A stretch of 63,984 nt of DNA, filler included, from Octopus bimaculoides (GCF_001194135.2; 5 parts of 4 records of this genome joined end to end with filler, not necessarily neighbours in it), one strand, 5' to 3'; positions 1-13,349 are shown, counted from the first letter of the whole stretch. Translations and numbers: made by a program. The notes: generated by a model not told the origin, from the sequence alone.

Positions 1-896
1 GCCTTAAGTCAGTTCTTATGATCAATGTAGATCTAGCTTCGACCATGTGTTTCTTTCATTTCAGTTTTTTTTTCTTTTTTCAGACATAGTGTACCTTAGA
101 CTACATCAGGCAATAAGTCTTTCTGCCGTTTAAGATGGTTAAGTATGCTTCGAGGGTTATTTCTTTGTAACTTCTAGCAAGTCGTCGTACGCGACAGACA
201 CTTACATATCATATTTAACTTATCGAATCACGAATCATAATTCGTAGGTTAGTCTTAATTATTGCAAAATGATTATAAAAAAAATAAACAAAAAAACTAA
301 TGAACAATCTGATCAAGTAAAATTTATTAACACAGTAATTGAGCAGAAGTACATTTATCCACTTGGTCACGTGACTGGACTGTCTGGAGTAGAGGTGGTG
401 ATGTAACTATTCGGTTGGCGGGATCTTACGATTTGATGTGTGACTGGTCAGCTAGCTGCCTTAATATTAACAGTTATGTTCCGAGGTGGACAGACAGACA
501 CTATTTAAGTTTTAGATGAGTATCAGTGACTAGATCACCAATTATTATCTGGGAGTAATAGATGGTCACGAAAGAGGAAGAGTTAGCTGTCTTAGTTTTC
601 AGGTGACTGGCTAACGGCTTGTCTCTGTCTCTTTCTCTCTCTTTCTTTCTCTCTCACTCTTTCTCAGTATAGCTAATTTGAATAATGATGAAGGTTGTCA
701 AAATGATGTCAATAATTACACGACTCTACTGATCAGAAAGTTGTCTTGGGAGTTAATGACAATGTGACTTGAAAGCTAGATGCTTGCGTGTCAAAGGTCA
801 TATAACTGAATACCCCGCAGTCACATGACCGATTGACTATCACATAGTCTCAATATAGTTTCTTTTCACAGTACACGGGAGCCATTGGTTTCTATA

Positions 897-899
897 TTA

Positions 900-983
<84 letters not shown>
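897..983. repeat. Compound (ATT)n(AGT)n microsatellite
   Basis: Directly visible. One example of dozens of (TA)n, (CA)n, (GA)n, (TAA)n, (GATA)n and (TACA)n tracts in the window. Confidence 0.95.
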
Positions 984-984
<1 letters not shown>

Positions 985-2191
985 TCTTTACTTATAGTCC
1001 TTTTGGTTATGTTATTTCCATACAAGATTATATGTGGAAGTAGGTCAAAGGATGTCAATAGATAATAGAATCACAGATATGCACACACATTTGTGTGCTT
1101 GAGTTTGTGTTTCGTAAGTATATATATATATACATACCTAATATATATATATATGTATGTGTAAGTGTGTGTGCGTGTGTATGTATGTATATGCCGCGAG
1201 GGGGTACACACTCGTTCAGTAGAAAGAGTTCAATACTGATGGCAGAGTTTAATGCGTTTATTCACTACTTATCAGCGATAGAATAATGTTGCTTAAGTTT
1301 CCTATGAGAGTATAGCTGAACTCTCAAGGAATTCAAAAACACGCGAACATTCATTCGCCAGAGACAATCTAATATATTGGACAATAATCAGAGCAATTGA
1401 CGGTCAAATAAATAGAAACGTAAAACGTATGACTCATCAATAAAGTTAAAACGTTGGTGCTTTATTTTACACTTTACCTCAACTAAAATTTGGCGATTGT
1501 TGACACTCTGGTATACCTTTAGGCGCGATAAATATTTATATATTGTTATACTTGGAGATAGTCATTTTTGTCAATAAAACATACCCGCTATTGATTTGAT
1601 CTTCACTTGAGATTTTATTCGTATTATATTTAGCTTATACGTCTGTCAAAGTTCTTTTCGTCACACATTCTGTGACCTCTTCAGTAACTCTCTGTCCCAA
1701 GCGTCTCCCCTATTAACTAAAAATAATACTAATAAAACTAAAGTGAAGATTAAAAAAAATAGTGCGTATGTTTAAATGGCAAAAAAATTACCATCCCTCA
1801 AGGGTAACAATATGTTTCAACACACGTTTTCACATCAAGAATATTCCAAAACAAATACATAAACGTATATATATATATATATNNNNNNNNNNNNNNNNNN
1901 NNNNNNNNNNNNNNNNNNNNNNNNNNNNNNNNNNNNNNNNNNNNNNNNNNNNNNNNNNNNNNNNNNNNNNNNNNNNNNNNNNNNNNNNNNNNNNNNNNNN
2001 NNNNNNNNNNNNNNNNNNNNNNNNNNNNNNNNNNNNNNNNNNNNNNNNNNNNNNNNNNNNNNNNNNNNNNNNNNNNNNNNNNNNNNNNNNNNNNNNNNNN
2101 NNNNNNNNNNNNNNNNNNNNNNNNNNNNNNNNNNNNNNNNNNNNNNNNNNNNNNNNNNNNNNNNNNNNNNNNNNNNNNNNNNNNNNNNNNN

Positions 2192-2241
<50 letters not shown>

Positions 2242-3001
2242 TATGTTATTTTATCTGTCTTTCTACTTTTAGAGATAGAGTATAGGAAACAAGTCTAAGC
2301 CTCCTTTCTGATTATATATACATGTATATACGTTTCTAAGTATTTATGTATAATTGCACAATTAATGACATTTCAATCTTTATTAAAGATAAACACAAAC
2401 AAGGTCAGCAAAACAGTAAATATATGATTGTTGTTATTCATCTTACTGCCGTCGCTGCTTCTTTTGTTTGTTGATGTTGTGATCGTCGAAGTAGTTGATG
2501 TTTTTGGAAGCTGGGTGTATTTTATTCCGTATACCATGAAAGGATCTTTCAGAGAATACCAGCTCTGGATGTGTAGCACTATCAGATTTGTTTGGATAAA
2601 AGAGACAATAAAAGCTGATTTAGGTAGTGAAAAATGATCTGCTTTCCAAAGATTATCGGTCTGTCATTGAGATTTCATGTCTTCACAAAATCAGTCAGCC
2701 TGCTCAGTTCTCCTATAAAAAAATGCAAGAGAAAGAAATTAAGAAAAAGAAAAAAGAAAAAAAAAATTAATGAAATATATCACTATTTCTGTTATGGATT
2801 AAAATTAATATGTCAAAACTGTCGGAGTTCAACTTTGCCCTTCTTACATTCGGAGCCGATAAAATAAAGTACTCGAAACCATGAATAGTTAATGAGCTTT
2901 CTATATACAGGAGGACAAGTGATCACCGTCAGAGTATCCAGTTAGAGTGATAGCAATGGTGGAAGTTTGCAAAGAAATTACATTCATATATATAAAAGTG
3001 C

Positions 3002-3310
3002 AAGTGTGGCTGCGTGATAAGAAGTTTGCTTCCCAACCACTTGGTTCCGGGTTCAGTCCCATTGCGTAGCACCTTAGGCAAGTGTCTTGTAAGTGGATTT
3101 AGTGGACGAAAATTGAAATGTGTGTGTGTGTGTGTGTTTGGCGCCCAGTGTTGGTTTGTTTACGTCTTTGTTCGGCAAAACAGACTGACAGAATAAGTGC
3201 CAGGCTTTAAAAAAAAGCATTGGGATCGATTCAACCGTCTAAAAATTCTTCAAGGCAGTGCCTCAGCATGGTCGCTGTCGAATGACTGAAACAAGTAAAA
3301 GATAAAAGAT
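3002..3310 (+). mobile_element. tRNA-derived SINE family A, composite (left monomer + (TG)n + right monomer)
   Basis: Head gtgataagaagtttgcttcccaaccac...ggttcagtccc (B-box-like), then ggcaagtgtctt, an internal (TG)n, and tail ...cagcatggtcgc...gactgaaacaagtaaaagataaaaga. The same sequence recurs many times in the window. Confidence 0.85.
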
Positions 3311-3327
3311 ATATATATATATGTATG

Positions 3328-3381
<54 letters not shown>

Positions 3382-3394
3382 TGTNNNNNNNNNN

Positions 3395-3433
<39 letters not shown>

Positions 3434-4574
3434 CGCTACTCGTAGCTTCTTGTTTCCCTTAAACTTCTCGCATATACCACAAACACACGCATGCACAAAC
3501 ACACACACACACACACACACGCACATGTGCATCACAGTGATAGCTGATGGTGGGAATATATATTTTGGTGCACTTTGTTGTCTGTGAATCTTCGGTTTCG
3601 TTATTCTGAGTCGGCCTCCATTCTCGTAAGGTTGAACTTGTTGAAGCATTCGTGGTCTATGATGGTTCTCGTGTCTGTATCATAAGATATATTGACATTG
3701 TATGATCGTTTTATTAGGCAGTTTTATTATGCTAGGATATTAATTAAGCTTTTCTAGTTTTGGAGAAGTTTTATGCTGTGTGTGTGGAGTGGTGGTGCGT
3801 GTGTGTGCGTGATTGTGTGTGTGTGTGTGTGTGCAGGATTGTATTGCAATAATACTTACAAGTCGTTTAATAAACAGAGTAGTCCGCGTCATTATTTATT
3901 TGCCGTTTGAGGAACATCCGTGCTGGGAATTGTGCAAACTGTCGTTTTCCAATCTGATATGGTCGTTTCAAAATAAAATCCAATTTGTAGGGTGGTATTA
4001 TTCCCTGATAGAGACACAGAAGAGAGGAAATATTGAATACTAAGTTTACACAGGCTTAACAGAACATTTTAATCACTGACCATTTTTGTTATATATGTTT
4101 CATGAATCAGAGAGCTAGTTAATTGTCCATTTGATTATGGCACCGATGTTGTTACATTTTAGCCCAAGGTTCACGTCTTCAAGCAAACATGGTCAAAGAC
4201 GTTCCAAACGTAACAATACCTTCTTTTCATTTTCAGGTATAGAAAATCTAGAACTACAGTATTTAAATTGTCATTTATTTTGCAAAACTGTAGAACGAGA
4301 TTTGATGGATATTTGGATATTTGTTGTGGCAGCACAACAAGCAATATTATACTAACAATACATTTAAGGCGACGCTCCTGAAATATTTCAAATATAAGCG
4401 CATAACTGTAAAATTGACAAAGGTTTTCTCAGTTGTCTGTGTAAACTTAATATTCAATACTTCAGTTGTCTGGGTTGTAGGCCACCAATTATCAGGTGAA
4501 GTTGTTTTTTTCGTACAACAGACTTGGAACCAACTTCATTCTTTATAATTCGTGGCATATATGTACATATCTCA

Positions 4575-4870
4575 AAACTGATTATTGCCATTGATATAAA
4601 TTGTCTGTAAGCGCTGAAGATTTTCTATTATTTCTTAACTTTTCATGTTATCGTAGAATTTTATGTTAAGGTCATAAGTTTAACTAAGCAATATCATAAC
4701 AATAGTACCATGATCTGACTAATCTCATTTACCATAGCATATGTTTGAAACCGAAATACAGACTCGGCAAAGGTTATCCAATGTTCGTCTTCTCTCTTCA
4801 AGGGGGAATATAAATACATTTAATGACTGCTGGAAAAGATTGTTGAAATCACGACAATGTGGCTGAAATT
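4575..4870 (-). pseudogene. Decayed LRR-coding segment (candidate)
   Basis: Minus frame ...NMKS*EIIENLQRLQTIYINGNNQF (E at 4634, F at 4575) fits NxLxxLPxxIxxLxxLxxLxLxxN with TAA at an expected Leu (TTA). Weaker TLDNLCRVCISVSNI lies upstream. Confidence 0.35.
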
Positions 4871-5744
4871 TGACTACACAAGAAATGAAATTAACACCGA
4901 GACCATGACGAAGGTGAGAATTAATTTTTGTAAAATTGAATCAAGAGCCAAAATCGGTTTTTATAGCAAGTATTATCAGAATTTTTATGACAAATAGAAA
5001 AAAAAAATCTTCAGTTTTACCTATACACAAAATATAACTTTATAAGCCCACAATGAATATTATATTTTGATTAATATGTAAAACAATCCAAATGTGATCA
5101 TCCCGTCTTTTTAAAGCTGTTTAGGATTACATTATCGAATGTGTCTTTGACCTGTTATAAGACATCAGTATGATTAGAGAGAAATTTGGTTTGCTGTTTC
5201 TGGCAAGTTGAGCGACCACGTAGAAGTGGCACGTTAGTAATTTGATTGTAATAGTAAATAAATTACTACACATAGCAAAATGACAATATGCTGGCACACG
5301 GATATACGATCATATATGGAAATATCGCAAATATGCTACTGTTTATATGACGACATATGGATTATAGAGTCAACATAATGATATAAAAATATAAGACGTA
5401 ATAACTGTAAAGCAGAAGAAAATTTACCAAAGGAAAACATCAAATGATGACTGATGTAATTGTAACAAAGTGCTTATAAGTGGCAATCACATTTGAATTA
5501 TGGATTCGGGAATCCTAAAACCTCATCCCTAAGCAATAATAATAATGATAATAAAATAGAACCTTAAAGTTCTGCTATACCTTCCGAAAGCACCCGAGAT
5601 AAAGATATTAATGAGAGTTTAAATGGATGAATGGATGGAATAGCTGGCAACTAAACAGCCTGATCAATGACTTGTTAACTGTAGTCTATCCGTCAGTCCA
5701 TCATATACGCATTTATATATGCACACACACACACACACATGCAC

Positions 5745-5782
<38 letters not shown>

Positions 5783-5906
5783 NNNNNNNNNNNNNNNNNN
5801 NNNNNNNNNNNNNNNNNNNNNNNNNNNNNNNNNNNNNNNNNNNNNNNNNNNNNTATATAACGCTTATATCCATATACAAATGTGTGTATGTGTGTATGAA
5901 ATAATA

Positions 5907-5961
<55 letters not shown>

Positions 5962-6420
5962 GAGGGCATCAGACACTAGTCATCCAAGTAAGAAGTTATA
6001 GTATTCTCAATTGGACGCTAAATGAAATAGCAAGACTAGACTTAAAAAAAGAAAAAGAAAAAGAAGGGCTGTAATTAAAATCCATCACTAAAAATATGAT
6101 TTAGAGAGACTATACACATCACAAATACAGGATAACAGGGTCCTTTTACAACTAGAAAACTAATACAAAATAGCCACCATAGGACTACAAAAATATCAAG
6201 TATGGAATCACGGAGTATCATAAGTAACTACGAAACATGAGCAAAACCAAAAACAAAAACAAATCTCTATTTCTGTCTTCAAGGGTGCCGATAAATATAA
6301 ATCAAGGGTTGTATTGGCAGATAGTTATAAAGAAAAATCTGAAATTGTAGAAATTCTAAAACAGCTAAACTCTAAGTAGAAATTAGGACTACAAAGTACC
6401 ATAATAAAGCGTCGTAAGAA
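5962..6420 (+). mobile_element. Dong/R4-clade non-LTR retrotransposon fragment (post-RT region)
   Basis: Translates ILNWTLNEIARLD...(SD)LERLYT...LLQLEN.YKIATIGLQKY, matching the R4/Dong WTxxELxxLDRKTRK...RLYLPRxxGGRGL region. It begins right after a (TAA)n tract. Confidence 0.65.
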
Positions 6421-7737
6421 TTCTCCCAACAAGGGCAAAACTGAAAAAGCTGAACAGAGGAAAACTAAAAACATAAATCACAAAATTGACTGAGAAACGC
6501 GGCACTTAATACAGAGATAAAAGGCTCGCCTCCTTGGCACAGCCAGACTAATCAGGAAAGGATTGATAGTTGAAAAGAACAGATAGCATGGTACCGTAGG
6601 CTGCAGGCAGCAAACCCGTTACGCATGCAAGATTCCAGTCGTTCCAACAAAACCCGAGTTAAAAAGAATAATAATAATAAAGATTAACAGAGTTACAGAA
6701 ATATTTTGTATTGCAGTAAATATTTGTGTATTTGGGGTAAATCTTTTTACACTCTAGCTTCAGATCATGTTGGAGTCTCCTTAGTCGATTATCACATGGG
6801 TACCGAGTGGAACAATAAATACCAGCCATAGGCATAGCTTTAGAGGCCAAAATGCACCTAGGGACTCGCTAAACGCAGCTTGAACGATTTCCATCCCCCT
6901 CCGATATATATTGTGTTTTTAAACACAGTCCTTTCATAAGAGCTGTTTTCTCTGAATGAACCCCGCAGAAAATCTACCTTTGAACGATGTATTGCATTTA
7001 CATGAAATATGATACATAGATGGCTATGAGTATATATATATATACATACATGGAGGCGGGTATGATTGTGTAAGGCATTGTGTGCATGTGGTGAGTAGAA
7101 AGCAGAAACAAACAGAAAAAAACGTAAGACACAAATAAAGTCAGAAAAAGAAAGAAAAGTCTACTCACATGAAATTCACTCTGTAAAAACGGGAAAAAAA
7201 AGAAAAGAAAAGAGATATAATTAGAATATGAAGTTTTAATTATTCAAGGCAAAGTCAAGTAATGAAATAGTAAAATATAAAAATCATAATTATAATTTTT
7301 TTGGTAATATTTGGGGCAATGTTTGTAACAATTTAAATGATGATAAATTGCATTGTTATAATCATGTTAATTGAAATTCAGTTTTAAAAATTATGTATAT
7401 CTATAAACACGCACGCTGAAACATGCAAACGCGCGCGCGCACACGCGTATCGTAATCCGACATGTTGCATCTACATACCTACACCCATACTCATGCATAC
7501 AAAGCAATCACATGTAGATAGTCACAAATGTCTGTAGGCTGTTTTTGTAGATGTCCCATTTTAGGAAAGTGTCAACAAACCGAAGTATACTCTTATATCA
7601 TTAAGAAAAATTCTCATTTATAGTATTTAATCCAATTATTTTTAGATTATTGACCAATAAATTCACCATTAATAACAGCGACAAAATAAATGAGAACAGA
7701 ATAAGAATATATATATATCTGTGCGTATGTGTTTTTG

Positions 7738-7787
<50 letters not shown>

Positions 7788-8040
7788 GATTGATCACGTT
7801 AGTGATCTTAAAGTATGGTGTTATTTGCTCTATTNNNNNNNNNNNNNNNNNNNNNNNNNNNNNNNNNNNNNNNNNNNNNNNNNNNNNNNNNNNNNNNNNN
7901 NNNNNNNNNNNNNNNNNNNNNNNNNNNNNNNNNNNNNNNNNNNNNNNNNNNNNNNNNNNNNNNNNNNNNNNNNNNNNNNNNNNNNNNNNNNNNNNNNNNN
8001 NNNNNNNNNNNNNNNNNNNNNNNNNNNNNNNNNNNNNNNN

Positions 8041-8076
<36 letters not shown>

Positions 8077-8088
8077 TGTTCATATCTT

Positions 8089-9337
8089 TTTTATCTTTTA
8101 TCTTTTACGGATTTCAGCCAGAGGCTGAGGCCATGCTGGTGCACCGCCTTTACTGCGTCCAGGGATGTTTCCAGTATTGCTTCTAGTTAAGTAATCAGTT
8201 GGACGTTGCTGCTCTTCTTTGTGCTTCTTGACACGATGAACTTTCTAGACGTCTTTTGAAGACTTCCATGTCTACATCTCGCAGATTCGTGATGTTCTGT
8301 GGCAGGGCATTAAAACCTTGTGGTCCCTTGAATCCCAAGCTATTACAATATAGGATTTGTTTCCTCGATGGAGAAGATAGGACCTTTGGTACTGTGCAGT
8401 GCCCTCCAGTTCGGTGATTGTTGTAGATTTCGATTTCGAAATTTGGAGCTAGATCCTCCATTATTTTCCATATGTCTAGCACTGCATATATCTCATGTCT
8501 CCTCTCCATGGAGTAGAGTCCCAGTAGCCCTTTTGTTTCACTGAGTCTACCTTCCTTGTATAGAGACGTTGGTTCGCCTCTAGTCCCGCAATTAGTTTTA
8601 CGCTCTGTGGTACCACAGTTGGGAGCAGTAGTCCCGACGACTGAAGACAAAGGTTCTCCAAAGCAGAAGCATTGCATCTGAAGGATCTGAGGATCCAACT
8701 TGCCACTCGCCTGCATAGTGTTGCCATCTGAGCAATGTTCACATGGAAAGTTGCGTCGTTGCTCATGTGGATTCCCAGATCGCGCACGACTCTAATTCTG
8801 GGATTACATTGCCTGCGGTCCCGTGTACTTCAGTTGTAGTTTATTTGTGGGATGATAGCAGAGTGTTTGAAATTTTGCAGCATTAAACTGCATATTATTC
8901 TCATCTGCCCAATTATATATTGCGATCAGGCCATTCTACAGTCTTAGGATATCAGTAGGATCCTTGACCGCTTGCGAAATTTTTGTATCGTCGGCGTAGC
9001 TGGTGAGTGTGGCTAACGCTATGGCTGAAGGCATGTCCGAGAGAGCAACCACAAACAGTAGTGGTCCCAGCACTGTTCCTGGGTAACTCCGTTGAAGATT
9101 GGTGTCACTTCGGAGAAAGCATCATTGCTCTTAAAGCCCGACTTCTGCCCTTCAGGAAATCATGCAGCTACTCTCCCAGTCTATCAGTGATACCGAGGTC
9201 ACGCAATTTGTGACATATCATCCCATGATCGACTTTGACAAAGACCTTGGCGAAGTCGAGATATATCATCCACATTTGAATGGTTGAGCTGTTGTTTTAG
9301 TACCCAGTCGAAGTGTTGCAATGGCTCTTAGGCAGCT
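8089..9337 (-). mobile_element. CR1-group LINE, 3' half (RT to 3' tail), frameshifted
   Basis: IYLDFAKVFVKVDHG (9223-9267), GVTQ(G)TVLGP (~9063-9091), SYADDTKI (YADD 8987-8998), RDLGIHMSNDATFH and LYSMERRHEIY. 3' tail is (TAAAAGA)n at ~8089-8107. Confidence 0.9.
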
Positions 9338-9880
9338 ATTTCACCTGTGCCTCGGAAAATCTAATCTATGCCATTACATGCTTAGCGTATGGTAATAATT
9401 ATATTGGCCAAACAGGAATATCACTTCGTCGAAGAACTACTCTCCACAAAGAACAAATCCGCCACCCACAATACAGACAGATACAGGTCAGTGGACACAT
9501 AGAAAGGTGTGCGAGGAATCGTAATCCTAATTTCCTATTTTTTCCCTTCTATCAATGTTCACAGAACACCTCAATACAGCAAAGAATGAATAAAGCGGCA
9601 ACTTTCATCAATAAATATCTTCCACAACTAAATATGAACACATAACATAATACAGAACACTACTAACCTTTCAGTTAATACCACTAACCCCCATACATCC
9701 CATACACCATTCACATTAGAGATCTAGATCTACCCTAATTGCACCAAATCCAGAACTACTTACCTCCCTTACACATAATCTTTTTACTCAGGGACTAGTA
9801 GACCTGACACCGTTCAGTAATCGGTGCACATTCAAAACAATGATTAGTAACATTACGAAACCGGTATGTTTTTGAATCTC
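9338..9880 (+). mobile_element. Penelope-like element fragment: GIY-YIG endonuclease C-terminus plus pLTR region
   Basis: FTCASENLIYAITCLAYGNNYIGQTGISLRRRTTLH...FINKYLPQLN is a GIY-YIG motif of PLE type. A degenerate hammerhead follows at 9830-9877. Confidence 0.85.
9830..9877 (+). ncRNA. Degenerate minimal type-I hammerhead ribozyme (PLE-type)
   Basis: Stem I attcaaaaca/tgtttttgaat, core atgatta (two changes from CTGATGA), stem II gta/tac, GAAA-CCGG-TA with a palindromic loop. Probably inactive. Confidence 0.5.
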
Positions 9881-10093
9881 TTTAACAATTCACAATAATG
9901 ACTTTTATTACTTTTATTCCTACCTCAGTTCATCTAATTGTATATATCTATCGTTACTTTTCATAAAAAGCCTTTACTTTTTTTTTTTCCAATGTGCATT
10001 TTCGCTTATTTTTCTTCTTACTTTCCCATTACATTTCCACGTGTAGTTTCTATTGTGTTTTTGTAACATATTTTTATTATATATAGCTGTATA

Positions 10094-11523
10094 CATGTGG
10101 AGTTGCTATATACATTCATGAAGACCTCACACCCCAGGTCTTACTGTCATACTCAAATTAAGTATGTACACTCTAATTGTATACACAAGACAACACGAAA
10201 TAGTCATATACAATACATATCGCCCACCGGATGTTCCAAATCACATAGGCAAGTTTGAAGATTGCCTCACAAGAATTAAAGAAACCCTCATGGAACTGGA
10301 ACATCACGTGAGCGTATTTCTTATGGGTGATTTCAACTTCCCCAATGTCAAATGGCCCGAAGGCCTCATGCTCTCAGGAACGACTTATTGCAAGCAAGCA
10401 CAGGTGGAGTCCCCGCTCAACCTCACAAATGCCCTATTCATGGAGCAAGTTGTGCTCAGACCAACTAAGGTGAGTAACATTTTGGATCTCTGCTTCACAA
10501 ACGATACGGCATCGTTAATGATGTGAAAGTGACGCCGACATTAGTTTCGAATCATAACATAATAGAGCTATCTATATATGGACCAAAAGTAGCCAGAGAC
10601 ATACAGCCTAAAGGAATCACCCGAAATCTCTCCAATCTGAACTTCTACAAAGCAGACAGGGAAATCGATCCAAAAAGAGATCCTCATACAGGACTGGCCG
10701 AAATGTCTCTTTCACACTAGACATTGGCATGAAACTAGAATATTTCATGTCTGTTATGCAAACCAGAAATATGCTAGAAATATGTCCCAGAGAACAAGGC
10801 CAACATAAAAAGAACAAGATTCCAATGGAGAGGAAGACGGACGAAGGTTGCAAATCGCTTCAACCAACATTCCAAAAGTAGTGAAAGGTCCTGCCTAAAA
10901 AGAGCACTGATGGAGACTAAAAAAAAGCCTGCAGCAATCCTGTGTGAGGGAGAGAGCAGACAAAGAGGCTTGGGTTGTAAAAAAAAAACATTAAGCCAAA
11001 CCCAAAGGCCTTCTTTCATTATGCCAAAGAAACAGCCTTAGTATGCTGCAAAATAGCACCCCTCTTCCAAAAGAATGGCTCCCTCACAGATAGTCCAACC
11101 AGGATCAGCGAGGTACTGAATGACCAGTTCAAGAGTGTTTTTACCACCCCGTTGGAACACAGGCAAGTGAACGGACCAGTGGAGGCAGTTACGATGGATT
11201 ACATCGACATTAGCGAAGAAGATATACTAATAGCCATAGATGAAGTGGACGCAAACTCAACTGCTGGTCCTGATGGTTTCCCAGCAATCCTCTTCAAATT
11301 GTGTAAGCGTACCCTGGCGAAACTACTACAGATTCTCTTCTAGAGCTTTCTTGCAAATGGCAGCCTGCTAAGCAAACTGAAGAAGGGAATAATATGCCCA
11401 ATCTATAAAGGAGGAAGCAGAGCAGATGTCAAAAACAATAGGCCTATCTCTCTGACTTCACACATCAGCAAAGTCATAGAACGGATAGTCAGAGGGAAAC
11501 TAATCGCATTCCTTGAAGAAAAC
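10094..11523 (+). mobile_element. CR1-group LINE, 5' half (APE endonuclease to start of RT), frameshifted
   Basis: GVAIYIHEDL, YRPP, GDFNFP, LDLCFTN, then AGPDGFP...CPIYKGG...RPISLTSHISKVIERIVRGKLIAFLEEN, ending at 11523. Confidence 0.9.
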
Positions 11524-12560
11524 TACATATATGTGGGTATACATGCATACATATTCTTTGTATTATTGTATCATCGAACGCACGCGTCCATTTGCAAGTA
11601 AGTTCTGACTTTATACATGTATATATATANNNNNNNNNNNNNNNNNNNNNNNNNNNNNNNNNNNNNNNNNNNNNNNNNNNNNNNNNNNNNNNNNNNNNNN
11701 NNNNNNNNNNNNNNNNNNNNNNNNNNNNNNNNNNNNNNNNNNNNNNNNNNNNNNNNNNNNNNNNNNNNNNNNNNNNNNNNNNNNNNNNNNNNNNNNNNNN
11801 NNNNNNNNNNNNNNNNNNNNNNNNNNNNNNNNNNNNNNNNNNNNNNNNNNNNNNNNNNNNNNNNNNNNNNNNNNNNNNNNNNNNNNNNNNNNNNNNNNNN
11901 NNNNNNNNNNNNNNNNNNNNNNNNNNNNNNNNNNNNNNNNNNNNNNNNNNNNNNNNNNNNNNNNNNNNNNNNNNNNNNNNNNNNNNNNNNNNNNNNNNNN
12001 NNNNNNNNNNNNNNNNNNNNNNNNNNNNNNNNNNNNNNNNNNNNNNNNNNNNNNNNNNNNNNNNNNNNNNNNNNNNNNNNNNNNNNNNNNNNNNNNNNNN
12101 NNNNNNNNNNNNNNNNNNNNNNNNNNNNNNNNNNNNNNNNNNNNNNNNNNNNNNNNNNNNNNNNNNNNNNNNNNNNNNNNNNNNNNNNNNNNNNNNNNNN
12201 NNNNNNNNNNNNNNNNNNNNNNNNNNNNNNNNNNNNNNNNNNNNNNNNNNNNNNNNNNNNNNNNNNNNNNNNNNNNNNNNNNNNNNNNNNNNNNNNNNNN
12301 NNNNNNNNNNNNNNNNNNNNNNNNNNNNNNNNNNNNNNNNNNNNNNNNNNNNNNNNNNNNNNNNNNNNNNNNNNNNNNNNNNNNNNNNNNNNNNNNNNNN
12401 NNNNNNNNNNNNNNNNNNNNNNNNNNNNNNNNNNNNNNNNNNNNNNNNNNNNNNNNNNNNNNNNNNNNNNNNNNNNNNNNNNNNNNNNNNNNNNNNNNNN
12501 NNNNNNNNNNNNNNNNNNNNNNNNNNNNNNNNNNNNNNNNNNNNNNNNNNNNNNNNNNNN

Positions 12561-12600
<40 letters not shown>

Positions 12601-13349
12601 CAATACATACCCATACACAAACATATATATATCTATATACACATATGCATTAATCCATGCATATACATGCAGATAGATATATGTATACACACACATATAC
12701 ATGTACACACACACACACACACACACATGCTACACAGAGAAATGATCTAAAAACAGAATATTCATAGTGGTTAAGAGCTGAATTAATATAAGGTGTTTAG
12801 ACTCCAACGTTATTGCTGTAAATCCAAGACCGACTTGCCTGTAAAAACCTAATCGGTTGAAATTAACTTTAAGGGGGACGTATTTAGCATAAAACTATAA
12901 ATTTCACAAACAATTCATACTTCGAGTACACTCTTCATTTTATTAAGATAAACGCCATCAAATATATGACATGATTGTGATAGATAATTAATTTAAATAA
13001 TATTAAATTAGTCTAAAAAATGTGTATACACAAATTATTAGAAATGCGGTATTACTCGTATATTTATCAGAAACTTCTTATTTGTTTTAAATACATCGAA
13101 TCAGAATATATATACATACCTACACTCACACATACATACATTTACATACACGCTCAGAAACACAAATATAAATAAAGATATCGGCACACACATATACAAA
13201 TGTGTATAATCAGATACAATACATTAAACAATATAATAGGAAACTACGAACAACAGATATACCTCAATATACTTCTATGAAAGACCATCGGAACAGCATT
13301 TATACTAGATAGTATAATCAATGTAACCATTTCTCATCCAAATGGAAGA

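Noticed and set aside
1340-1520. LRR-like words (ILDNNQ, TLYLN*NL) and similar at 17670-17780 and 30480-30620
   Set aside because: These are isolated motifs without convincing periodicity, within what AT-rich composition gives by chance, so they are not listed as features.
4130-4420. Overlapping 74-86-codon open frames on both strands with splice-like sites at 4160, 4207 and 4237
   Set aside because: The implied intron (30 nt) is too short, no domain is recognisable, and such frames are expected by chance.
6420-6900. GC-richer block that might be a LINE UTR
   Set aside because: I could not assign a family or find coding motifs.
11489-12750. Long ORFs of 200-377 aa in the ORF track (also at 26-30, 32.7-33.7, 35.5, 41.8-44.9 and 51.5-53 kb)
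   Set aside because: They consist of X from N gaps plus YI/CV/HT dipeptides from (TA)n and (CA)n tracts.
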